Origin: Squalus acanthias
Taxonomy: Eukaryota
Assembly (NCBI GenBank): GCA_030390025.1
Contig: CM059432.1
Location: forward strand, 78,370,001-78,434,000
Direction: 5' to 3'
DNA length: 64,000 nt
The position numbers and the translations under genes are program-made. The notes beneath the pieces were generated by a model that was given only the letters and a program-made list of their open reading frames with translations, was not told where the DNA came from and did not search any database. Shown in pieces: positions 1 to 8,979 of the stretch; positions within the stretch are counted from its first letter, which is position 1; every line of letters starts with the position of its first letter.

Positions 1-199
1 GAAGATGGTGATTTGTTCTGGAGTATGGTTCCATGGGGTCTAGGGGTACTCTAGCACCTCACTATCAAAATTCTTCATAATTTAAAAAATCTTTATTAAA
101 TATACTCTTAGCTATTGCTGCGCCAATGTAAAGAGTCCCAGCATCTCACGTCTCTGGTCCTAACTATGGTTTTCCTATCCTCGGCATCATCCTGCTGAA

Positions 200-860
200 T
201 CAATGATATGCACTCTCTATGGCTTTTGTGTCCTTGAGTATCTTTCAATTAAATGTATATTTCCATTTCTGTGTTTATTTCTCCCAAAATGTATTACCTT
301 GCACTCATCCACATTAACTTGCATCTGCCACCTGTCTGTCCATTCCACTAACATGTCTATATCTTCCTGGAGTCATTTACAGTCCTCACTGTTTGCCAAA
401 CCTCATACTTTTCTACATTCAGCAGATTTTGAGATTGAGTTCCCTATGCCCAAATCCAAATAATCTATATAGACCAAGAACAAAAGTGAACCCAACACTG
501 ACCGCTGGAGTACACCACTTTCAACCCTTCTCCAGTCTGAGTGAGCAATATCCATTTACCCTAACTATTTATTCCCTGTACATCTGACAATGTTCTATCC
601 ATGCTGTTACATTTCCTCTTATACCATACACCTGAATTTTTCTAACATGCCTCCTATGAGATACCTTATTGAACACTTTCTGAAGATTCATATACACTAC
701 ATCTACTACATCCCCTTTATCTATACAATCAGCGACGTCTTAACAAGCTCTATTAAAGTTGTCAAACACCACTTCCCTTTAACTGCCCGGCTGTCCTTGA
801 TTAACCCATGCATTTCTAAATGTGCACTCATTTTATCTCAAATGATGTGTTTCTTTCCCT
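200..860 (-). mobile_element. Degraded CR1-clade LINE ORF2 (RT) fragment
   Basis: Minus strand encodes remnants of the CR1 RT motifs, e.g. DVVYMNLQKVFNKV at ~665-712; many disablements; boundaries approximate. Confidence 0.75.
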
Positions 861-861
861 A

Positions 862-990
862 ACCCAAAGGCTCTGAGGTCAATTGTCCATTACAACACTG
901 TTACCTCCGCTGCCTGAGAGCAGCTAGAGCAGCACAATGGTGGGATTGAACATTAAATCCCCCTTGTCTGTGTGGCTCAGTTACTCACTG
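862..990 (-). mobile_element. Old tRNA-like SINE remnant
   Basis: Minus-strand B-box-like GTTCAATCCCA (~941-951) preceded by CTGAGCCACACAGAC; resembles the copies at ~27920 and ~36100. Confidence 0.45.
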
Positions 991-1334
991 GAAAAACTCA
1001 GAGCCACAGGGCATTGCTGATGATGTCATAAAACGCAATGGGTGAAATTGTGTGGTGTTATTAATATAGGAATAACTTGACTTGTTCACATGAAATCTTT
1101 CTGTTCGGTATTTTGAATGATTTATGACTTTTTGTAAATAGTGGACAAAGGAATTCCATAGGAACAATATGTTCATCCCGCATAGTGCAATTTCACTGTA
1201 AAATAACGAGCTCTTGTTAAAAGAGGTGGAAAAGTTCCTCCATTTAAAGCACTGTATCTAAATATGAATTATATAATAAGCTGACCATGTCATAGCAATT
1301 CTCAATCTATAACTGCTAAAGCATTGCCCCTTTG

Positions 1335-2462
1335 GCCAGTCAGTTTAATGTCGGTGGTGGGGAAGCTTTTAGAAACAATAATCTAGGAGAAAATGAACAA
1401 CCACTTGGATCCATTTTGATAGGAAGAATGAGGAGAGACAATACAAGCTAAATGGTACAATTTTAAAGGGGGTACAAGAAGAGAGAGACCTGGGGGTGTT
1501 TGTGCACAAATCTTTGAAGGTGCCAGGACAGGTTAACAAAGCAGTTAATAAAGCATATGGGATCCTGGGCTTTATAAATAGAGGCATAGAGTACAAAACA
1601 ACAACAACAACTTGTAAATAGTAAAACGTCCCATGGCGCTTCACAGGTTTGTCATAAAACAAAATTTGACACCGAGCCACATAAGAAGAAATTAGGGCAG
1701 GTGACTTGGTCAAAGAGGTAGGTTTTAAGGAGCGTCTTAAAGGAGGAAAGAGAGGTAGAGAGGCGGAGAGGTTTAGGGAGGGAATTCCAGAGCTTAGGAC
1801 ATTAGCAGCTGAAGGCATGGCCGCCAATGATTGAGTGATTAAAATCAGGGATGCTCAAAGGCCAGAATTAGAGGACCGCAGATCCAAAAGTCAGGAAGTT
1901 ATGCTAAACCTATATAAAACACTAGTTCGGCCCCAGCTGGAGTATTGTGTCCAATTCTGGGCACCACACTTTAGGAAGGATGTGAAGGCTTTGGAATGGG
2001 TACAAAACAGATTTACTGGAATGGTTCCAGGGATGAGGGATTACAGTTACGTGGATAGACCAGAGAAGCTGGGGTTGTTCTCCTTAGAGCAGAAAAGGCT
2101 AAGAGGAGATTTGATAGAGGTGTTTAAAATCATGAAGGGTTTAGATAGAGTAAATGAAGAGAAACTGTTTCCAATGACTGAGGGGTCGATAACCAGAGGG
2201 CACAGATTTAAGGTGACTGGCAAAACTTTTTTATGAGTGGTTAGGATTTGGAATGCACTGCCTGATAGGGTGGTGGATACAGATTCAATAGTAGCCTTGA
2301 AAAGGGAATTAGATAAATACTTGAAGGAGAAAAAAATGCAGGGATATGGGGAAAGAGCTGGGGAGTGGGACTAACTGGATTGCTCTTCGAAAGAGCCGGC
2401 GCAGACTCGATGGGCCGAATGGCCTCCTTCCGTGCTGTACTATTTTATGATTCTATGATTCT
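1335..2462 (+). mobile_element. CR1 LINE 3' fragment, internally deleted, with nested L2
   Basis: PVSLMSVVGKLLETII remnant joined to C-terminal ORF2 (LYKTLVRPQLEYCVQFWAP); (ATTCTATG)n tail; candidate TSD CTTTGG at 1330-1335 and 2461-2466. Confidence 0.9.
1597..1884 (-). mobile_element. L2-clade LINE 3' end nested in CR1
   Basis: Minus strand shows the L2 C-terminal motif (GG.AFSC...LWNSLPKPLRLSTSLSSFKTLLKTYLFDQ) and a (GTT)n tail; it interrupts the CR1 at a CAAAA duplication. Confidence 0.8.
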
Positions 2463-3146
2463 TTGGAGAGCAGAGCACCCTGTGATACACCTCAGGTAAT
2501 ATTCTATCACCATCATCTTCAAATGCAGTCTCCAGCCTTCAAAGATGCCGCCAAGCAGTGGCTGTTTACTGACTGAAACATGTTAGATGGGGAGAGGAGA
2601 ACACAGGAGTTTTTGCCAAGTGGGAACGGACCACGAAGAACTGACCTCGAGCGTTTCGGAAGCTCAACTTTGTTACTTGTCGAGGGGTCTACGGATTACA
2701 GCTTAAATATTTGAAAGGTGTGCGAAACTGGGCAGAAATGAAAGCAGGAATCGGAAAAAAATAGTACGTTTTAAGTCAATAGTTTTTCTAAGAAAATTGT
2801 GGCAGGGAATAACTAGAATTTTTGTAGTGAGGTTAAGTTCGCCACGGAACGTTTAATCTTCAGGAGAGGGATATCTGGATATGTCTACCTTATGACATTG
2901 AAACGTCGTGTATATGCACAAGTTCTGAGTAGCTGTGACATAAGCGAGGGGACATTCTTTGCTCAAGGGCAGGTACATGGATTCAAACACCCCGTACCTA
3001 ATGCACCTTGCTCATATACTGGTTATCCAAAGCCTCTGGTGTAGACTAGGCTTCGCGCTGATTGAACCTGTACTGGTTTGCCAGATCGAAAGGGTTGTGA
3101 CTGGTGCGGCGGGAGAGGCGCCGGGAAAGGTTATCAAGATACAATG

Positions 3147-3259
3147 CTGAGGAAGGAGCAAATACACTTCACCTGAGGAAGGAGCAAATCGATAGCTCCG
3201 AAAGCTTGTGATTTCAAATAAAACTGTTGGACTATAACCTGGTGTTGTGCGACCTCTCA
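3147..3259 (+). mobile_element. Short Penelope-like pseudo-LTR fragment carrying a hammerhead ribozyme
   Basis: Flanked by the 12-bp direct repeat AAGATACAATGC (3136-3147, 3260-3271); partial tandem duplication of CTGAGGAAGGAGCAAAT. Confidence 0.75.
3169..3211 (+). ncRNA. Minimal type-I hammerhead ribozyme motif
   Basis: Stem I TCAC/GTGA, core CTGAGGA(A), stem II GGAGC/GCTCC, GAAA, palindromic mini stem III AGCT, predicted cleavage after 3207. Confidence 0.75.
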
Positions 3260-3339
3260 AAGATACAATGCCCCAGGGGAACTTTCAGTGTCATGTTTGA
3301 AAGTAACTGAGCGTCTTTGTGTTTTCCTCTTCCTTCTAG

Positions 3340-3459
3340 ACTGGTTCTGAAAATTCTGCTCCAGTCCAAACTGAAGATCACAGCGGCGGTGAAGCCAAGA
3401 GCGGTGAGGCAGCTCGCCACGTGTTCTCCTTCTCCTGGTTAAACTCACAGGCTAAATAG
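3340..3459 (+). CDS. TRIM55: Terminal coding exon of tripartite motif-containing 55 (MuRF2)
   Basis: Polypyrimidine tract plus AG at 3338-3339; translates TGSENSAPVQTEDHSGGEAKSGEAARHVFSFSWLNSQAK*, matching the recalled TRIM55 C-terminus (ARHIFSFSWLNS); TRIM55-CRH convergent synteny is known in vertebrates. Confidence 0.85.
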   Translation, partial: TGSENSAPVQTEDHSGGEAKSGEAARHVFSFSWLNSQAK

Positions 3460-3891
3460 AAAAGTCAAACACACCCGATAAAGTCAAAGAGAAGCATCTT
3501 AGCCCTTCCAAAATAATAGCAATAATTGTAAAAAATAATCTGATATCTGGACTTCTACTCAACTTTTGAAACTTTTGATCTTTGTACTTGTAGATTTGAG
3601 GATTGCTTATTTCACCCTGTGTCCTTACTGAAACTGCCTGGGTTAATTTCATTGCAGACGGCGTAGTTCAGAGATGAAGGAGCTGCAAACGATTAGACAT
3701 TCTGATGGACTGATGGGCAATTCTGGTAAAGTTTTGGATCATTTCCAGTAAACTGTGACGGCCGCAAATTTTAACTTTTTTAATGTTTACCCTTAACTCG
3801 GATCCCGCCATTAGTGAGACGGCGATGTGAGGGGGGCGGGGGAAGCTTATGACAAAAAAGGTGTAACATGAGAGTGACGGTTTGTATTTTC

Positions 3892-3897
3892 AATAAA
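3892..3897 (+). terminator. Likely TRIM55 polyadenylation signal
   Basis: AATAAA ~430 nt after the stop, followed by GT-rich sequence. Confidence 0.6.
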
Positions 3898-4104
3898 AAG
3901 TGTTCTGTGTGCTTTAATATTTCAAATGAACGCACTGCGTCTTGTCTTATCGTCTTCGTGTAACTATAATCTGACCAGCAGGCGGCTTGAGGGGTTCTCG
4001 CGTTCTCGTTTCATTGATAAAAACCCCACATTGTTTCTACCACAACTAAAATACAACATTTCGGCGCAAGAATGTACGAAACGGTCACTCAGCAACACGC
4101 GATG

Positions 4105-4300
4105 TTTATTCAGTTTTTAAGCGTCTTGTGTTCTCGCAGACAATTCCCTCTGACATTTTAGAAAATTAACAGCATTGGTTAACAGCCACTGCCTCCACAA
4201 TAAAGCATAAAGCGAGCCTCACTTTGCAGCTTTTATTAAAAATATAAATATTAGACATTCTCTTACACAAGAAAAATGATTGGGCACCGATGTGTTTATT
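4105..4300 (-). terminator. Candidate CRH polyadenylation signals
   Basis: Minus-strand AATAAA at 4295-4300, 4232-4237 and 4105-4110, all downstream of the CRH stop. Confidence 0.55.
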
Positions 4301-4463
4301 ATCTAGAATTCTACAATGTAAATCGATCGACAAATACAGTGTTAACTTGGTTGAAATGTACAGCTTTATAGTGTAGCGCTATAAAAATAAACGGGTAATG
4401 TCAGAGCAGCGCTATGATCTATGTTTTTTACGTGATAGATGTCAGATCTTTGGCGACTGCTAT

Positions 4464-4961
4464 CTATTTCCCGATTAGCTCCATTATTTTCCTGTTGCTG
4501 TGTGCTTGCTGGACTAGTTGCTCCGCTCGAGCCATCTCTAGCACTTCTCTTAGAAGATGGAATGTTAGATCCAGGGAAATGGGAGGGTCGTCCAGCCTTT
4601 TTCCTCGTTCTATCATCTCATCCACTTCATCCTGGTATCTGCTGTCAACGTCGCCCAAGTCTCCAACTTTGTCTTGTAGAAGGCGCTGGAGCTGGGCCAG
4701 TTGCATTGAGAAAGCTCCGTCGGAAAAGGCCATTTCTCGCGGGTTTGGAGCAACGGGAGAAGGATCCTTGTATGCTTTGCCCTGATGCATAAGGTATTCC
4801 TCTCCAATGCGAATCCAAAGTGGTAACACTGACTGTTGGAGATCTGATTGTGGATCCGGACCGTTTTTAGTTAATGCGGAGCTGTGAACGGCTCGACAGT
4901 CATCGCTGGGTAGGAACACAACCAGAAGGATAGCAGTGCAAAGCAACATGGGGGTCTTCAT
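4464..4961 (-). CDS. CRH: Corticotropin-releasing hormone precursor (CRH1), 165 aa
   Basis: Signal peptide; conserved cryptic motif RIGEEY; KR cleavage site; 41-aa mature peptide LDDPPISLDLTFHLLREVLEMARAEQLVQQAHSNRKIMELI followed by the GK amidation signal; whole CDS in exon 2. Confidence 0.97.
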   Translation of the reverse strand: MKTPMLLCTAILLVVFLPSDDCRAVHSSALTKNGPDPQSDLQQSVLPLWIRIGEEYLMHQGKAYKDPSPVAPNPREMAFSDGAFSMQLAQLQRLLQDKVGDLGDVDSRYQDEVDEMIERGKRLDDPPISLDLTFHLLREVLEMARAEQLVQQAHSNRKIMELIGK

Positions 4962-4979
4962 GGCCAGCGAGCTGGGATT

Positions 4980-5916
4980 CTGGAAGATAAAACCTTATTA
5001 AAATTGCATTAAATTCTTGCTACCTTTATCATTTATGCAACTATTAAGAAGAATGCAACATTTTGTCCGAGTAGTTCTTTTAGTTATTGAACAACCGATC
5101 ATAAAGGGACACAAATATCACTTGACGGAGGCACTGGAACGGTAAGTCAGAGATCAAATCAATTAAATTAAATTAACCACTCTAGTTTCCACCATCCAGC
5201 GTTAAAATGTCCCAAAATAGGAGTAACGTTTGACGTCTCAATCTCTGCTCTTGGACCGTATTTTACCTTTGACTATCACATCAGTAAATTAAATAATTGA
5301 TACCAAGTTAAACAGGATTAAGAACCAGTGAGGATTCATTTCCGTCTGAAGTGATATGTATGGAAAGGTAAAGGTAAGATGTGCAGAGCATGCTGCACAC
5401 ACAGACAGACTGCATGGCCAAGGCTTCGTCTGAATTTATATCTAATGCTTAGTTTTTTCATAAATTATCTGAACCAGTTGCATCTGGAACTGTCAAATAT
5501 GTATTTAATTTCATATTCAAAACACAACCGCCTTTGTAATCCAATGTAAATTGTAAGAAATTAAACAGGGCGTGTTCAATCTTGGTGACACAAAACGAAT
5601 CTAACTTCTGGAATAAAAGCAAAATACTGCGGATGCTGAAAATCTGAAATAAAAACAGAAAATGCTGGAAACACGCTGAGTGTCTCTAACATAAAATGTA
5701 ATTTAAGTTATCTCAACAAATTTCCTTCACATAAAGCGTGCTTTTTAGCTATTCTCTAATACCGACATCTGAGGTAATCGACTCTGTCTTGTAACATTAA
5801 GACAGGGTAAGTTTCAATACCGGGAGCAGTTACCAATTTCAAATTACTTTGAAAAAAACAGTAACAACTTGTTAGCCGCTATGGAAAGAAAAAGTGAGTG
5901 GATAAGAAATATATAC
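4980..5916 (-). other. CRH: CRH 5'-UTR intron
   Basis: Acceptor TTTTATCTTCCAG| lies 18 nt before the ATG; candidate donor AAG|GTATAT at 5916; matches the two-exon CRH architecture. Confidence 0.65.
5611..5680 (-). mobile_element. Short fragment of a Penelope-associated repeat in the CRH intron
   Basis: AAAATACTGCGGATGCTGAAAATCTGAAATAAAAACAGAAAATGCTGGAAA is similar to the reverse complement of ~31045-31105. Confidence 0.6.
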
Positions 5917-5995
5917 CTTAACGAGGACTGATGGATCTGGTCAGTCCTGCAGCCTTGCTCTCTCCAGATGAGATTACAAAGTGATAGGAAGTTAT
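5917..5995 (-). other. CRH: CRH non-coding exon 1 (TSS approximate)
   Basis: Lies between the TATA box and the candidate splice donor. Confidence 0.55.
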
Positions 5996-6020
5996 TTGGG
6001 GTACAGACTGGCTCCTGCAC

Positions 6021-6115
6021 TTTTATACTTCCTTCTGAGCTTTGGCTGGCACGTCTGCAGCCTGGTTAGTGACGCAGAACATTGGAGTGGCGTATCGGCG
6101 CACTTATGAATGAAG
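6021..6115 (-). promoter_or_regulatory. CRH core promoter: TATA box plus CRE-like site
   Basis: TATAAAA at 6027-6021; TGCGTCA (CGTCA half-CRE) at 6076-6070; CpG-rich surroundings. Confidence 0.7.
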
Positions 6116-6599
6116 AGTGAGGGGGAGGACGCCACAGACCCCCCCCACCCCAACACACCCACACAGTATCCATACGACAACGGCAAATAACGGGTGGCCA
6201 GGCTCCCGAACAATCGGCGGCTGTGAAGCCGGACGCTGCTTCTTTGTAACGAACGGCCCCAGTCGCTCGCAAGACAGGTGGACCCGGCTTCTTTCTGGGT
6301 TCTTTTCCCAATGAAATATCTCAAAGTAGCAGCACTGCTGGAAGTTAAACTGGCAATTCATAGGTATCATTTCGACAGAGCAGCGTTAAAGCGAACATGA
6401 AGTGTGCTGTGTAGAATGTCTTCCATTTAAAAGGGTTGAGGTTTTAATGAAGAGATGTTACTGGGACCAGGAGTTATTGAAATTGGAACCAGAGGGGAAA
6501 TGGGTTATAATGGAATGGTAGTTTGATCGGAATTAGGGCAGGAGTAGGATTGGAGTTTTACTGTGCTCACAGCTGGAGTATTATCGGGGTTGTGTTAGT

Positions 6600-8979
6600 T
6601 TGGGATGGGTGTGGGATTGGAGATGTTTGGGGTAGGGGTGGGATTGGAGATGTTTGGGGTCGGGGTGGGATTGGAGATGTTTGGGGTCGGGGTGGGATTG
6701 GGGATGTTTGGGGTCGGGGTGGGATTGGAGATGTTTGGGGTTGGGGTGGGATTGGAGATGTTTGGGGTCGGGGTGGGATTGGAGATGTTTGGGTTGGGGT
6801 GGGATTGGAAATGTTTGGGGTTGGGGTGGAATTGGAGATGTTTGGGGTCGGGGTGGGATTGGAGATGTTTGGGTTGGGGTCAGATTGGAGATGTTTGGGG
6901 TCGGGGTGGGATTGGAGATGTCTGGGGTTGGGGTGAGATTGGAGATGTTTGGGGTCGGGGTGGGATTGGAGATGTCTGGGGTTGGGGTGAGATTGGAGAT
7001 GTTTGGGGTCGGGTGAGATTGGAGATGTTTGGGGTCGGGGTGGGATTGGAGATGATTGGGGTCAGAGTGGGATTGGAGATGTTTGGGGTCGGGGTGGGAT
7101 TGGAGATGTCTGGGGTCGGGGTGAGATTGGAGATGTTTGGGGTTGGGGTGGGATTGGAGATGTCTGGGGTCGGGGTGGGATTGGAGATGATTGGGCTGGG
7201 GTGGGATTGGAGATGTTTGGGTTGGGGTGGGATTGGAGATGTTTGCGTTGGGGTGGGATTGGAGATGTTTGGGGTCGGGTGGGATTGGAGATGTTTGGGG
7301 TTTGGGGTGGGATTGGGGATGATTGGGGTCAGAGTGGGATTGGAGATGATTGGGGTCGGGTGGGATTGGAGATGTCTGGGGTCGGGGTGAGATTGGAGAT
7401 GTTTGGGGTCGGGTGGGATTGGAGATGATTGGGGTTGGGGTGGGATTGGAGATGTCTGGGGTCGGGGTGAGATTGGAGATGTTTGGGGTTGGGGTGAGAT
7501 TGGAGATGTTTGGGGTTGGGGTGGGATTGGAGATGTTTGGGGTCGGGGTGAGATTGGAGTTGATTGGGGTCGGGGTTTAATTGGAGATGTTTGGGATTGG
7601 GGTGGGATTGGAGATGTTTGGGGTTGGGGTGGGATTGGAGATGTTTGGGGTCGGGGTGGGATTGGAGATATTTTGGGTTGGGGTGGATTGGAGATGTGTG
7701 GGGTTGGGGTGGAATTGGAGATGTTTGGGGTCGGGGTGGGATTAGAGATGTTTGGGGTCGGGGTGGGATTGGAGATGTTTGGGGCCAGGGAGTGATTGGA
7801 GATGAATGGTGTTGGGGTTGGATTGGAGATGTTTGGGTTGGGGTGAGATTGGAGATGTTTGGGGTTGGGGTGAGATTAGAGATGTTTGGGGCCGGGGTGG
7901 GATTGGAGATGTTTGGGGTCGGGGAGTGATTGGAGATGAATGGTGTTGGGGTTGAATTGGAGATGTTTGGGTTGGGGTGAGATTGGAGATGTTTGGGGTT
8001 GGGGTGAGATTGGAGATGTCTGGGGTTTGGAGTGGGATTGGAGATGTTCGGGTCGGGTGGGATGGAGATGTTTGGGTCGGGAGGATTGGATATGTTTGGG
8101 GTTGGGGTGGGATTGGAGATGTTTGGGGTCGGGGAGTGATTGGTGATGTTTGGGGTTGGGGTGGGATTGGAGATATCTGGGGTTGGGGTGAGATTGGAGA
8201 TGTTTGGGTTGGGGTGGGATTGGAGATGTTTGGGGTCGGGGTGGGATTGGAGATGTTTGGGGTTTGGGGTGGGATTGGAGATGTTTGGGGTCGGGGTGGG
8301 ATTGGAGATGTTTGGGGTCGGGGTGGGATTGGAGATGTTTGGGTCGGGGTGGGATTGGAGATGTTTGGGGTCGGGGTGGGATTGGAGATGTTTGGGATCG
8401 GTGTGGGATTGGAGATGTTTGGGGTTGGGGTGGGATTGGAAATGTTTGGGTCGGGGTGAGATTGGAGATGTTTGGGTCAGGGGCGATTGGAGATGATTGG
8501 GGTCAGGGTGGGATTGGAGATGTTTGGGGTCGGGCGTAATTGGAGATGTTTGGGATCGGTGTGGAATTGGAGATGTTTGGGGTCGGGGTGGGATTGGAGA
8601 TGTTTGGGGTTGGGGTGGGATTGGAGATGTTTGTGGTCGGGGTGGGATTGGAGATGTTTGGGGTCGGGGTGGGATTGGAGATGTTTGGGGTTGGGGTGGG
8701 ATTGGAGATGTTTGGGTCGGGGTGGGATTGGAGATGTTTGGGTCAGGGGCGATTGGAGATGATTGGGGTCAGGGTGGGATTGGAGATGTTTGGGGTCGGG
8801 CGTAATTGGAGATGTTTGGGATCGGTGTGGGATTGGAGATGTTTGGGGTTGGGGTGGGATTGGAAATGTTTGGGGTCGAGGTGGGATTGGAGATGTTTGG
8901 GGTCGGGGTGGGATTGGAGATGTTTGGGGTTAGGGTGGGATTGGAGGTGTTTGGAGTCAGAGTGAGATTGGAGATGTTT
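6600..8979. repeat. 27-bp G-rich minisatellite, left part
   Basis: Tandem unit GGGATTGGAGATGTTTGGGGTCGGGGT. Confidence 0.98.

Noticed and set aside
2461..2500. Possible penultimate TRIM55 exon ending CCTCAG|GTAAT
   Set aside because: Directly abuts a CR1 tail, has no convincing acceptor, and the reconstructed pre-insertion frame hits a stop
4414..4807. Overlapping ORFs on and antisense to CRH
   Set aside because: Shadow frames of the CRH CDS with no recognisable features
4464..4961. Urocortin/urotensin-I or CRH2 identity
   Set aside because: 35/41 identity to recalled human CRH and the TRIM55 neighbour favour CRH1
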